A DNA stretch of 64,000 nt. Source: Thermoanaerobaculia bacterium. Its GTDB lineage: Bacteria; Acidobacteriota; Thermoanaerobaculia; Multivoradales; Multivoraceae. Shown piece by piece: positions 8,961 through 18,114 of the stretch. Numbering within the stretch: the first letter of the stretch is position 1; each line of letters opens with the position of its first letter. The DNA lies in assembly GCA_022823665.1 (NCBI GenBank), contig JAJEHN010000037.1:115439-179438 (forward strand). The letters run 5' to 3'. The notes beneath the pieces are model-generated. The model was not told where the DNA came from, made no database searches, and worked only from the letters and a program-made list of their open reading frames with translations. The position numbers were made by a program, and so were the translations under genes.

Positions 8961-9568
8961 CGGCCGACGCCGCGAGCGCGCCGCCGGCCGCGGCGTCGCC
9001 TCGGCCCGGGACTGTCGACGACCGGGTACGGGCGATCCGCCGGCCCCATCCGAAGCTGTTGCGTTACTACCTTCTCTTCTCGCTGATCACCGGACCGGCG
9101 TTCCCCGTCGTCTTCACCATCCTGTTCCTGCGCTATCGCACGCTGAGCTACGGCTTCGACGACGAAGGCGTGACGATGAGCTGGGGCGCCGTGTTCAAGC
9201 GCGAGATCAGCCTTACTTACAGCCGCATCCAGGACATCCACGTGCAGAGCAACGCGGTCGAGCGATGGTTCGGTCTCTCGCGTCTGCTGGTCCAGACGGC
9301 GAGCGGTTCGGCCAAGGCCGAGATGAAGGTCGAGGGCCTGCTGGAACTGTCGGCGGTTCGCAACTTCATGTACAGCCGGATGCGCGGCGCGCGTACGGTG
9401 GCCCCAACCGGTGCAGTTGCCGCTACGGCCGCTGGGCCCGGTGCCGCCGCGCCCGCGGCGACTTCCGACTCGGCCGCCCTCGCCGCGACTCTGCGAGAGA
9501 TCGCCCGCGAAGTCACCGCGATCCGTGGGGAACTGGAGCGGCGCGGGTTGGATGGACGCAACCGATGA
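8957..9568 (+). CDS. YdbS-like membrane protein with bacterial PH (bPH_2) domain
   Basis: ATGA overlap with the rocD stop. Hydrophobic hairpin LLRYYLLFSLITGPAFPVVFTILFL followed by PH-like GVTMSWGAVFKREISLTYSRIQDIHVQSNAVERWFGLSRLLVQTASG. Confidence 0.55.
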   Translation: MTADAASAPPAAASPRPGTVDDRVRAIRRPHPKLLRYYLLFSLITGPAFPVVFTILFLRYRTLSYGFDDEGVTMSWGAVFKREISLTYSRIQDIHVQSNAVERWFGLSRLLVQTASGSAKAEMKVEGLLELSAVRNFMYSRMRGARTVAPTGAVAATAAGPGAAAPAATSDSAALAATLREIAREVTAIRGELERRGLDGRNR

Positions 9569-10428
9569 CCGGCGAGCCCGCCGCCGGGGCAGCCGGCACC
9601 CGAATGCCCAGGGGCCTGAAGCGCCTTCTGCTCTGGCTGTTCCAGGTCGAAGAGCGTCCCGAGCCTCCCCCGGGATCGCCGGAGTCGCTCAGGGTGTTCC
9701 GCGCTTCGCCGCGGTTCTTCCGGTACAGCGTGCTCAAGTGGGCCATCGGGCAGATGTTCGCCCTGGTGGGCCTCGTCGGGTCGGCCATCGGGCTCGGTTT
9801 CGTCGAGATCGGGAACGAAGCCGGGAACGTGGTGGTCGAGCTCCTCGAAGAACGCGCCGCGGGCGCGGCTCTCTGGTTCAGGTTCACCGAGACGCTGGCG
9901 CCTTTCCTGATCGTCCTCTTCGTGGTTCAGTTCCTGACGTCGTTCTCCGTGCTTCGCCTGGGCTACGAGATGCGCTGGTACATGGTGAGCGACCGCGCCC
10001 TTCGCATCCGGTACGGCATCTACAGCCTCCGCGAACAGACGATGACGGTCGTGAACATCCAGAACATGGCGGTGAAACGCGGTCCCCTGCAGCGTCTGTT
10101 CGGCATCGCCGACCTGGAGATCCGCACCGCCAGCGGCGGCGGTTCGGACGATGACGACGAGGACAGCCTGAACCGCGGTCTGCTGCAGGGCCTGGACAAC
10201 GCGGAAGAGGTACGCAACCTGTTGCTGGCGTCGTTGCGGCAGAGTCGGGACGCCGGTCTCGGCGATCCCGACGACCGGCCGGCCGGGCCCGCGGTACCGG
10301 CGGCGTCAAGGGAGGATCGTGGTCCGGGCGGAGCGGAAGACGCTTCGGTTCTCATTGCCGCGGGTGACCTGCTCGCCGAGTGCCGGGCTCTGCGGCGAAC
10401 CGTGGCCGGGACGGCGGAAGCGCTGTGA
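9565..10428 (+). CDS. YdbT-like membrane protein with bPH_2 domain
   Basis: ATGA overlap with the previous gene (ATG 9565). TM hairpin WAIGQMFALVGLVGSAIGLGFVEI; PH-like MTVVNIQNMAVKRGPLQRLFGIADLEIRTASG; acidic tail. Confidence 0.5.
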   Translation: MTGEPAAGAAGTRMPRGLKRLLLWLFQVEERPEPPPGSPESLRVFRASPRFFRYSVLKWAIGQMFALVGLVGSAIGLGFVEIGNEAGNVVVELLEERAAGAALWFRFTETLAPFLIVLFVVQFLTSFSVLRLGYEMRWYMVSDRALRIRYGIYSLREQTMTVVNIQNMAVKRGPLQRLFGIADLEIRTASGGGSDDDDEDSLNRGLLQGLDNAEEVRNLLLASLRQSRDAGLGDPDDRPAGPAVPAASREDRGPGGAEDASVLIAAGDLLAECRALRRTVAGTAEAL

Positions 10429-10460
10429 CTCGTCCGACCCCTGTCGGCTCGTAACCTCCG

Positions 10461-11381
10461 ATGCCCGAGCTTCCGGACGTCGAGGTCTACCGCGAAGCGC
10501 TCGAGCAACGGGTCGCGGGCCGCGAACTCGTCCGCGTCCGCCTGCGGAGTCCGTTCCTGCTCCGTTCCGTGCGCCCGCCGCTTTCCGAGGCGGAAGGTCG
10601 CACGGTCGCGTCCGTGCGCCGCGTCGGCAAGCGGGTCGTCTTCGTTCTGGAGGGGGAGCTGTTCCTCGCCATCCACCTGATGGTCGCCGGCCGGTTCCGC
10701 TGGGGCGGACCGTCGGCGAAGGTGCCGGGCCGGGTGGGCCTGGCCGCCTTCGACTTCGGCTACGGCACCCTGCTGCTGACCGAGGCCGGCAGCAAGCGCA
10801 GGGCGGCGATGCACCTGGTCGCGGGTGAAGACGGTCTGGCTGCTCTGGACCGCGGGGGGCTGGAGGTGCTGCACGCCGGACCGGCGGCATTCAGGACGCG
10901 CCTCAAGGCGGAGAACCACACGCTGAAGCGGGCGCTCATCGACCCGCGGTTGTTCAGCGGTATCGGCAATGCCTACTCGGACGAGATCCTGCATCGCGCG
11001 CGCCTGTCGCCGATGCGCTGGACCACCCGGCTGACCGACGAGCAGGTCGATCGGCTGTATCGGTCCGCGAGAGACGTGCTGACGGAGTGGACGGAGCGCC
11101 TCAGGGAGCAGGCCGGCGGTCGGTTTCCGACCAAGGTGACCGCCTTCCACGAGGATATGGCGGTCCATGGCCGCTACCGCGAACCATGCCCGCGTTGCGC
11201 GGCGCCGGTGCAACGGATCGTCTACGCGGAGAACGAGTGCAACTACTGCGCTCGCTGCCAGACCGGTGGCCGGCTGCTCGCGGACCGGGCCCTCTCGCGC
11301 CTGCTGAAGAAGGACTGGCCGAGGACGGTCGAAGAACTGGAAGAGCGCCTGGGCGCTGGCGCCGGGGAGCCGGCCGGCTGA
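10461..11381 (+). CDS. Fpg/Nei-family DNA glycosylase/AP lyase (Fpg-like N-terminus)
   Basis: N-terminal MPELPDVEV (catalytic P2/E3), H2TH region (NAYSDEILHRARLSP), C-terminal zinc finger CPRC...CNYCARC. Confidence 0.85.
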   Translation: MPELPDVEVYREALEQRVAGRELVRVRLRSPFLLRSVRPPLSEAEGRTVASVRRVGKRVVFVLEGELFLAIHLMVAGRFRWGGPSAKVPGRVGLAAFDFGYGTLLLTEAGSKRRAAMHLVAGEDGLAALDRGGLEVLHAGPAAFRTRLKAENHTLKRALIDPRLFSGIGNAYSDEILHRARLSPMRWTTRLTDEQVDRLYRSARDVLTEWTERLREQAGGRFPTKVTAFHEDMAVHGRYREPCPRCAAPVQRIVYAENECNYCARCQTGGRLLADRALSRLLKKDWPRTVEELEERLGAGAGEPAG

Positions 11382-12187
11382 TGGGCGTTGCGCCCGGGTT
11401 GTCGGGCCTGACCGACTGTCATGCCCACCTCTGCGACGGCTCGTTCGCAGGCGATCTCGGCGACGTGCTCGCACGGGCCCGCGACGCCGGCGTCGAGGCG
11501 GTGGTCGCGGTCGGCGAGACGCGAGTGGACGCGGAGCGTAACCTCGAGTTGACGGAGGCCTATCCCGGCATCGTACGACCGACCGCCGGCCTCTATCCGA
11601 CCCATCTCGATCCGGCGGAAGCGGAGCAGGTCGCGGGCCTGATCCGCCGGGAACGTTGTCGTCTGGCGGCCATCGGCGAGGTCGGCCTCGACCGCTGGAA
11701 GGTGCGCGACGAGCGCGACCTGGCGGTTCAGCGGGAGATCTTCGCGCTGTTCATCGACTTGTCCATCGAACTCGATCTGCCGCTCAACGTCCATTCGCGT
11801 TCGGCCGGCCACTACGCGATCGACCTCTTGCGGGAGCGCGGGGCGACGCGGGTGCAGCTCCACGCCTTCGACGGCCGGGCGGCCCGGGCCGAGCCAGGGG
11901 TGGAAGCGGGCTACTTCTTCTCCGTGCCGCCGTCCGTCGTGCGTTCTCCCCAGAAGCAGAAGCTGGTGCGGCGCCTGCCGCTGTCCTGCCTGCTGCTGGA
12001 GACGGACAGCCCCGTGCTGGGACCGGAGAGGGATCAGCGCAACGAACCGGCGAACGCGGCCGTTTCGCTCGCGGCGATCGCGGAGATCAAGGGTCTGCCG
12101 GTGTCGGAGGTGGCCGCGGCGGTGAGAGAGAACACGGCGCGGCTGTACGGCAGAGCGGAGCCGGCCTCCGGCCGGCGCGTTTCCTAG
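11381..12187 (+). CDS. TatD-family metal-dependent hydrolase/DNase
   Basis: ATG 11381 overlaps the fpg stop (TGATG). Motifs LTDCHAHL, GEVGLD, NVHSRSA, LLETDSP. Confidence 0.85.
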   Translation: MGVAPGLSGLTDCHAHLCDGSFAGDLGDVLARARDAGVEAVVAVGETRVDAERNLELTEAYPGIVRPTAGLYPTHLDPAEAEQVAGLIRRERCRLAAIGEVGLDRWKVRDERDLAVQREIFALFIDLSIELDLPLNVHSRSAGHYAIDLLRERGATRVQLHAFDGRAARAEPGVEAGYFFSVPPSVVRSPQKQKLVRRLPLSCLLLETDSPVLGPERDQRNEPANAAVSLAAIAEIKGLPVSEVAAAVRENTARLYGRAEPASGRRVS

Positions 12188-12232
12188 CCGCCTTCGGCGG
12201 CAGCGGGTCGGAAGACCCGCGCACCTACCGAA
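12186..12232. repeat. twin-hairpin REP-like element / probable bidirectional terminator (copy 2), between convergent tatD and M23 peptidase
   Basis: GCCGCC-ttc-GGCGGC (12187-12201) and GCGGGTC-ggaa-GACCCGC (12203-12220), then GCACCTACCG. Supplies the TAG stop of the minus-strand M23 gene (…cgg tag). Confidence 0.7.
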
Positions 12233-13055
12233 CGGTGGCGATCGAGGCCGGCTCGCCGAGGAGCAGCGCCGGGTCGACGCGTTCGCCCTGCCAGCGGATG
12301 CCGAAGTGCAGGTGCGGTCCGGTGGATCGTCCGGTCGAGCCGACGGTGCCGATCCGGCGCCCGCGGGACACCTCGTCCCCCTGCTCGACGAACACCTCGT
12401 GCAGGTGGAAGTACATGCTGATCAGGCCGTTGCCGTGGTCGAGAAAGACCGCGTTGCCGGAGAAGAAGAACTCCCCGGCCAGGGCGACGACCGCGTCACC
12501 GGTGGCCAGTACCGGCGTGCCCTGGGGCACGGCGTAGTCGGCGCCGGTGTGGGGCGAGCGCGGCTCGCCGTTGATGATTCGCTTCGCGCCGAAGCGGCCG
12601 CCGGCCGGCATCTCCTCGAGCGGTGGCCCCAGCGGCAGCGAGAACCTCGGTCTGCCCTGCCGCCCCCACAGCTTGCCGATCAGGGCGTTCTCACGCTGCA
12701 CGCGAGCCAGGTTCTCGGGCGACAGGTCGACGCGGCTCCGGTCCTTGATCTCGAGTCGCTGCACGGAGTAGGGGTACTCGCCGAGGCCGATTTGCAGCTT
12801 CTCCCGGCGGCCGTCCCGGTCGCGCTCCGCGATCACGTCGGCGGTTCGGGTCAGGCCGACCGGCACCAGGCAGCCGGGCTCTCCGGCGACCACGGTGGGT
12901 GCGAAGGCGCGGTCGCGGACAAGGCAGCGTTCGATGCCTTCGCCCGGCCAGTGGACGAGGCTTCCGGGGGCCGCGGTCTGGGCGGCCAGCGGATGAGCGA
13001 TGACGGTGAAAACAGCGATGGCGCCAAGTGTGGCGATGGAGCGGAACGGGTCCAT
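12225..13055 (-). CDS. M23-family (LytM-type) metallopeptidase, secreted
   Basis: Signal peptide (IATLGAIAVFTVIAHPLAAQ). M23 motifs HTGADYAVPQGTPV and GPHLHFGIRW. Confidence 0.85.
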   Translation of the reverse strand: MDPFRSIATLGAIAVFTVIAHPLAAQTAAPGSLVHWPGEGIERCLVRDRAFAPTVVAGEPGCLVPVGLTRTADVIAERDRDGRREKLQIGLGEYPYSVQRLEIKDRSRVDLSPENLARVQRENALIGKLWGRQGRPRFSLPLGPPLEEMPAGGRFGAKRIINGEPRSPHTGADYAVPQGTPVLATGDAVVALAGEFFFSGNAVFLDHGNGLISMYFHLHEVFVEQGDEVSRGRRIGTVGSTGRSTGPHLHFGIRWQGERVDPALLLGEPASIATVR

Positions 13056-13079
13056 TGCACAACTATAGCCAATCGTGCA
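13056..13079. promoter_or_regulatory. palindrome TGCAC-N14-GTGCA in the divergent M23 peptidase / amidase intergenic region
   Basis: Sequence ttGCACaactatagccaatcGTGCAt, immediately upstream of the minus-strand start at 13055. Confidence 0.25.
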
Positions 13080-13174
13080 TAGGCGAGCCCGGATGCGAGG
13101 GCGGTCATGCGGGGAGGACGCGGTACGCTTGGCCTCTTGTGCGGCGATCGGTTGCCGCGTCGGAGAGGTGCTCC

Positions 13175-14629
13175 GTGAGTCTGAGAGCGACGTATCTGGC
13201 CAGCGACGGGCTGGCGCTGGCCGAACTGCTGAGGACCGGCGAGCTGGCCCCGGCCGAGGCGGTCGAGTGCGCGGCCGAGATCGCTTCGGAACTGAACGGA
13301 GACCTGAACGCGGTCGTCTGTTCGGACTTCGAGCGCGCCGCCGCCGGCGCGGCCGAGGCCGTGGCGGCGGGTGGGCCGTTCGCGGGCGTGCCCTACCTGC
13401 TGAAGGACCTCTATGCGAACGCGGTGGGCTTGCCGCTCACGAACGGCAGCCGGCTCTTCGAGGGCAGCGTGCCGGACCACGACTCGGAGATGGTGAGCCG
13501 CTACCGGCAGGCAGGGCTCCTGATCGCGGGACGGACGGCTTCGCCCGAGTTCGGGCTGACGACCAGCACCGAGTCCGCGGTCTTCGGGCAGACGCGCAAC
13601 CCCTGGAACCTGGAGCACATCGCCGGCGGTTCCTCGGGCGGCGCCGCGGCGGCCGTCGCCGCCGGCATCGTGCCGGCCGCCCACGCCAGCGACGGCGGCG
13701 GATCGATCCGCATCCCGGCCTCGTGCTGCGGACTCTTCGGACTCAAGCCGAGCCGGGCCCGGGTCTCGCTGGCGCCCGACGCCGGCGAGGGTTGGGCCGG
13801 ATTCTCGGTGCAGCACTGCGTGAGTCGCAGCGTTCGCGACAGCGCCGCGCTTCTCGATGCGGTTGCGGGTCCGGTGGCGGGAGATCCGTACTGCGCGCCG
13901 CCGCCCGAACGGAGCTTCCTCGAGGAAACCGGGCGCGAACCGGGACGGCTGCGGATCGCGCTGGCCCTGGAGGCGTTCAACGGCGCCCCGGTAGAGGAGG
14001 CGTGTGCCGCGGCGGCCCGCGGAGCGGCCGAGCTCTGCGTGCGACTCGGGCACGAGGTTGCCCACGCGGTGCCGGAGATCGACGCGAACGCGCTCGGCCT
14101 CGCGACCCGGCTGATCGTCGGCGCGAACGTGCGCGCCACGATCGCGGAGCGCTGCGAGGTTCTCGGCCGCGACGCCCGGGAGGACGAACTGGAGCCGCTC
14201 ACCTGGGCGACGGCCGCCACGGGCGAGCAGAGCGACGCCGCCGCCTACGCGCGGGCGACCCGCACGGTTCACGCCGTGGGACGCCGGCTGGCCGCGTTCT
14301 TCGACGAGGGCTTCGACGTGCTGCTGTCGCCGACGATGGCGGCGCCGCCGGCGAAGCTCGGCGTGCTGTCGCTTTCGAACCGGGGCGACGACTATCTACC
14401 GGCCTTGCTGCAGACGATCGGTTTCACCCAGTTGATGAACGTCTGTGGTAATCCCGCCGCCTCGGTGCCGCTCGGCTGGAGCGGGGCGAACGGCGGTCTG
14501 CCGGTCGGCGTCCAGATCGCCGCGCCGTTGGGCGGCGAGGGAGTGCTGCTCCGGCTGGCGGCGCAGCTCGAGCGGGAGCGTCCCTGGATCGACCGGAAGC
14601 CGCCCTGCTCGGCGTGGCGGAGCGGCTAG
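13175..14629 (+). CDS. amidase (amidase-signature family)
   Basis: GTG 13175 preceded by GGAGAGG. AS motifs GGSSGGAAAAVAAG and GGSIRIPAS; family Ser-cisSer-Lys residues present. Confidence 0.85.
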   Translation: MSLRATYLASDGLALAELLRTGELAPAEAVECAAEIASELNGDLNAVVCSDFERAAAGAAEAVAAGGPFAGVPYLLKDLYANAVGLPLTNGSRLFEGSVPDHDSEMVSRYRQAGLLIAGRTASPEFGLTTSTESAVFGQTRNPWNLEHIAGGSSGGAAAAVAAGIVPAAHASDGGGSIRIPASCCGLFGLKPSRARVSLAPDAGEGWAGFSVQHCVSRSVRDSAALLDAVAGPVAGDPYCAPPPERSFLEETGREPGRLRIALALEAFNGAPVEEACAAAARGAAELCVRLGHEVAHAVPEIDANALGLATRLIVGANVRATIAERCEVLGRDAREDELEPLTWATAATGEQSDAAAYARATRTVHAVGRRLAAFFDEGFDVLLSPTMAAPPAKLGVLSLSNRGDDYLPALLQTIGFTQLMNVCGNPAASVPLGWSGANGGLPVGVQIAAPLGGEGVLLRLAAQLERERPWIDRKPPCSAWRSG

Positions 14630-14635
14630 GGAGCC

Positions 14636-15517
14636 GTGGCGCGGCCGCGGCAGACGACCTTGAAGCCCGCGAGTCTCGCGGCGCCGGCGCTTCTCGTCGC
14701 CCTTGCATGGCCGGCCGCGGCCGCCGAACCCCCCTGGCAGCGACTCGAGTTCGAGGCGAAGAAGCTGTTCCTCTCGGCGGGCGCCGCGGTCGAGTTCGAG
14801 CCCGCCGCGGAGGTCCCGGTGGACGAGCGCTGCGGAGGCAAGCCGGCGATGCCCGGTTCGGCCGCGCGGATCCGGATCGAGTCCACGATGTTCGGCCGTC
14901 GCTCGGAGTCCTCCCTGTGGTTCGATCCGGGCAGCCTGAAGGCCCATCTTCGCGTCCAGGAAGAAAGGGGCAGCCGGAACCGCTACAAGCGGTACACGTT
15001 CTGTGAGGGAAGCGTCGAGGCCGAGCGCGCGACTCCCAATCCTGGCGAGGCCGGTCTTCCGGTCGCGGAATGGACCCATCGTTATCCGCTCCATCATCCC
15101 GTTCCGCAAGGACTCGAGGCGCCGCTGTCGGAGCCCTCGGCGCTGCTCCATCTCGTCGGACGGCTGGCGGCGCTACCGTCCGGAGCAGGGGCGGAAACCC
15201 CGTGGACGGTGCCGATGTTCTCGAACCAGAGGGTGCTGGCGGTGCGGATCGAACGAGACCCGGAGACTCTGACCGCGCCTCCATCGTTCTCGGTGGCCGG
15301 CGGCGAGGCGCCGGCGCAGTTGACGCTCGTTCGTTTTTCGATGACGCCGGTGGCCTACGGGCCCGAGGGCGGTGCGGAGGACTTCGAGTTGCTGGGGCTC
15401 GAGGGCGCGATCGAGATCGTGGCGGCGAAGGAACTCCAGGTGCCCGTGTCGATCAGCGGTCGCCTTCCGCCCGCGGGGCGGGTCGCGGTCCGGCTGCGCC
15501 ACGTGAAGTTGCGTTAG
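14636..15517 (+). CDS. hypothetical secreted protein
   Basis: Signal peptide LAAPALLVALAWPAAAAEP. No recognisable motifs. Packed between the amidase (6-bp gap) and the regulator (1-bp gap). Confidence 0.5.
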   Translation: MARPRQTTLKPASLAAPALLVALAWPAAAAEPPWQRLEFEAKKLFLSAGAAVEFEPAAEVPVDERCGGKPAMPGSAARIRIESTMFGRRSESSLWFDPGSLKAHLRVQEERGSRNRYKRYTFCEGSVEAERATPNPGEAGLPVAEWTHRYPLHHPVPQGLEAPLSEPSALLHLVGRLAALPSGAGAETPWTVPMFSNQRVLAVRIERDPETLTAPPSFSVAGGEAPAQLTLVRFSMTPVAYGPEGGAEDFELLGLEGAIEIVAAKELQVPVSISGRLPPAGRVAVRLRHVKLR

Positions 15518-15518
15518 G

Positions 15519-16187
15519 GTGCCGAGCGTGGGGGCTGAAGGCGCCGAGAGTGTGGATCGGGTTCGCGAGGAGTTCGTGCAACTCTGGGGCGCTCTGGGTA
15601 CTTTCTGGGGCGTGCCGCCGACGACCGCGCGCGTCTTCGGCTGGCTGATGTCCCGCAGCGAGCCCGCCGATGCGCAGGAGATCATGGCCGGTCTGGAACT
15701 CAGCCGCGGCGCCGTCTCCATGGCCTGCAGGGAGCTGCGGGAATGGAAGCTCATCGCGCCGGAGCGCGTTGCCGGCGCGCGCCGGGTGGTCTATCGGCCC
15801 GAGACCGACCTGGAGCGGGTCCTCCGGAACGTCGTCGAGATTCGCAAGCGGCGTGAGTGGGACCCGATACGTGAGAACATGCGGGACTGGATTCCGGCGC
15901 TGGAGGCCCAATCCTCCAGTGAGAGCGGACCCTCTCCCGAGAATGCGGTGTTCCTCAGACGCCTGCGGGCGATCGACCAGGTCATGGGACGGGTGGACTC
16001 GATCGCGGAGTTTCTCCTCAACGGAGGCACGGTGACGGACTTCGGGCTGAAAGCCCTGCTGGGGGCCGGGGCGGTCGCCGCGCGGCTCGGCAACCTCGCC
16101 CGCCGCGAGGCGCAGTCCTTCTCGGGCAAGTCCGCCCCGCCGGCGGAGCCGGTGCCGGAACTCGACCCGGAGGAGCAGAAGAGTTGA
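15519..16187 (+). CDS. winged-helix transcriptional regulator (GbsR/MarR-like)
   Basis: N-terminal pattern VREEFVQLWGALGTFWGVPPTTARVFGWLM...ADAQEIMAGLELSRGAVSMACRELREWKLI, typical of GbsR/MarR-type wHTH. Confidence 0.5.
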   Translation: MPSVGAEGAESVDRVREEFVQLWGALGTFWGVPPTTARVFGWLMSRSEPADAQEIMAGLELSRGAVSMACRELREWKLIAPERVAGARRVVYRPETDLERVLRNVVEIRKRREWDPIRENMRDWIPALEAQSSSESGPSPENAVFLRRLRAIDQVMGRVDSIAEFLLNGGTVTDFGLKALLGAGAVAARLGNLARREAQSFSGKSAPPAEPVPELDPEEQKS

Positions 16188-17356
16188 CGGTGCTCACGGA
16201 TCGCCCGGCTGGGCCCCTGTCGAGAAACACGGCCGTGGAAGACGAGGTGCTCGGACGCCTCCGCGACCTCTGCGACGTCGGCGGCCTCCAGGGCCTTGCC
16301 GCGACGATCGATGACCTGGTCGGTTTCGTCCGCGACGATCTCGCCGCGGTCGAGGAGGGACTGGCGGCCCTGTCGACGGGAGACACGCTGGTCGGCGAGG
16401 CCGGAGCCTCCCTTGTACACCTCGGCGGCAAACGGTTGCGTCCGCTGTGCGTTGTCCTGGCGTCGCGGGTCGGGTCCGCGCGGCCTTCGGCGGTGCGCGA
16501 CATCGCGGTGGCGGCCGAACTCGTCCACAATGCCACGCTGCTGCACGACGACGTCGTCGACCACGCGGACCGGCGTCGCGGACGGCCGACGGCGCGGGTC
16601 GAACTCGGCAACGCGGCTTCGATCTTCGCCGGCGACTACCTGTTGATCGAGGCTCTCAACAGGGTGCAGCGCGCCGCGGTCCCGGGCGTCATGGAAGGCC
16701 TGCTCGAGACGATCGCCGAGATGATCCGGGCCGAATCCCTTCAGCTCGAGAACCGCGGCTCTCTTGACGCCTCCGAGGACCTCTACTTCGAGGTGGCCCG
16801 CGGCAAGTCGGCGGCGCTGTTCAGTTGGGCACTGGGCGCCGGCGCCTTGAGTGGCGGAGCGCCGCCCGAACTCTGCCGGGCGCTTCGCGTGTACGGGGAG
16901 TCGATCGGGGTCGCGTTCCAGTTGATCGACGACCTGCTCGATCTGGTCGGACACCACAGCAACACGGGCAAGACCCTGTTCAGCGATCTCTCGGAGGGGA
17001 AGATCACCTATCCGCTGATCGTCGTGCTGGATCGCGAACCCGCGCTCGCCGACACGATCCGCGCGATAGCCGCCGAGGCGACTCCGGCGTGGGGCGCCGA
17101 TGGTCTCGGTCCGGGGTACTCCGGCTCGAACGGCGATGGTTCGGCGAACGGCCACCCGGGCGGCGCGAACGGGGCGGGCCGGGAGCGTGAGCGCGTGCTC
17201 GAGGCGATGGTCCGCCACAACGTCGAAGCGACTTGCCGGGACCTCGCCGCGAGCTACATAGACGAAGGGATCGAGGCGCTGGCAAAGGTCCCCGACGGCG
17301 CCGCGCGCCGTGCGCTGACGGTTGTTGCCCGGGCGAGCGTGCTGCGGGAACGATGA
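16184..17356 (+). CDS. trans-polyprenyl diphosphate synthase (menaquinone side chain; IspB/HepT-like)
   Basis: Two Asp-rich motifs LLHDDVVDH and FQLIDDLLD. Immediately upstream of menG. Confidence 0.85.
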   Translation: MTVLTDRPAGPLSRNTAVEDEVLGRLRDLCDVGGLQGLAATIDDLVGFVRDDLAAVEEGLAALSTGDTLVGEAGASLVHLGGKRLRPLCVVLASRVGSARPSAVRDIAVAAELVHNATLLHDDVVDHADRRRGRPTARVELGNAASIFAGDYLLIEALNRVQRAAVPGVMEGLLETIAEMIRAESLQLENRGSLDASEDLYFEVARGKSAALFSWALGAGALSGGAPPELCRALRVYGESIGVAFQLIDDLLDLVGHHSNTGKTLFSDLSEGKITYPLIVVLDREPALADTIRAIAAEATPAWGADGLGPGYSGSNGDGSANGHPGGANGAGRERERVLEAMVRHNVEATCRDLAASYIDEGIEALAKVPDGAARRALTVVARASVLRER

Positions 17357-18114
17357 TGGCGCTGGCTGAGCCGCTGGCGGGCCCGAGCGACGGTTCGGGC
17401 GCGATGTTCGACCGGATCGCCGCTCGCTACGACCTGCTGAATCGCCTCAACTCCCTGGGCTTCGATCAGGCGTGGCGCCGGATCGCAGCGGAGGCCCTGG
17501 CGCCGGCCGTGGCCGCCAACCGGCCCCCGCGCGTGCTCGATGTTGCCTCCGGAACCGGAGACCTTGCGATCGCGATCGCGCGACGGTTTCCCTCGGCGGT
17601 CGTCGAGGGTGTCGACACCTCGACCGCGATGACGGTGATCGGACGAGGGAAAGTGGAGCGCGCCGGCCTCGCCGACCGCGTCACGCTGGCTTCCGGCGAC
17701 GCTCACGAGCTTGGCTTCCCCGATCGCGCCTTCGACGCGGCGGCGATCGCGTTCGGCATCCGCAACGTCCCTGACCGGGTCCGGGCGCTGCGCGAAATGG
17801 CGAGGGTCACCCGGCCGGGCGGCCGGGTCGCGGTTCTCGAGTTGAACGAGCCGACTTCCGGCCTGCCTGCCGCTCTCGCGCGCTTCCACATCCGCGTCCT
17901 CGTGCCACTGATCGGGGCGCTTCTGGCCGGGAGCGAAGAGTACCGCTACCTGCGGCGGTCCATCCACGCCTTCCCGCCGCCGGACGAGTTCGCTGGCACG
18001 ATGGCCGCCGCCGGCCTGCAGCCGGTCGAGACGCGGCCTCTGACGTTCGGCGTGTGCAACCTGTTCCTGGCCAGTCCGGCGTTGGAACGTGCCACGGAAA
18101 GCGCCCGTTCGTGA
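17353..18114 (+). CDS. menG: demethylmenaquinone methyltransferase (UbiE/MenG)
   Basis: ATGATG overlap with the previous stop. SAM motif LDVASGTGDL. Family-typical N-terminus FDRIAARYDLLNRLNSLG. Confidence 0.85.
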   Translation: MMALAEPLAGPSDGSGAMFDRIAARYDLLNRLNSLGFDQAWRRIAAEALAPAVAANRPPRVLDVASGTGDLAIAIARRFPSAVVEGVDTSTAMTVIGRGKVERAGLADRVTLASGDAHELGFPDRAFDAAAIAFGIRNVPDRVRALREMARVTRPGGRVAVLELNEPTSGLPAALARFHIRVLVPLIGALLAGSEEYRYLRRSIHAFPPPDEFAGTMAAAGLQPVETRPLTFGVCNLFLASPALERATESARS

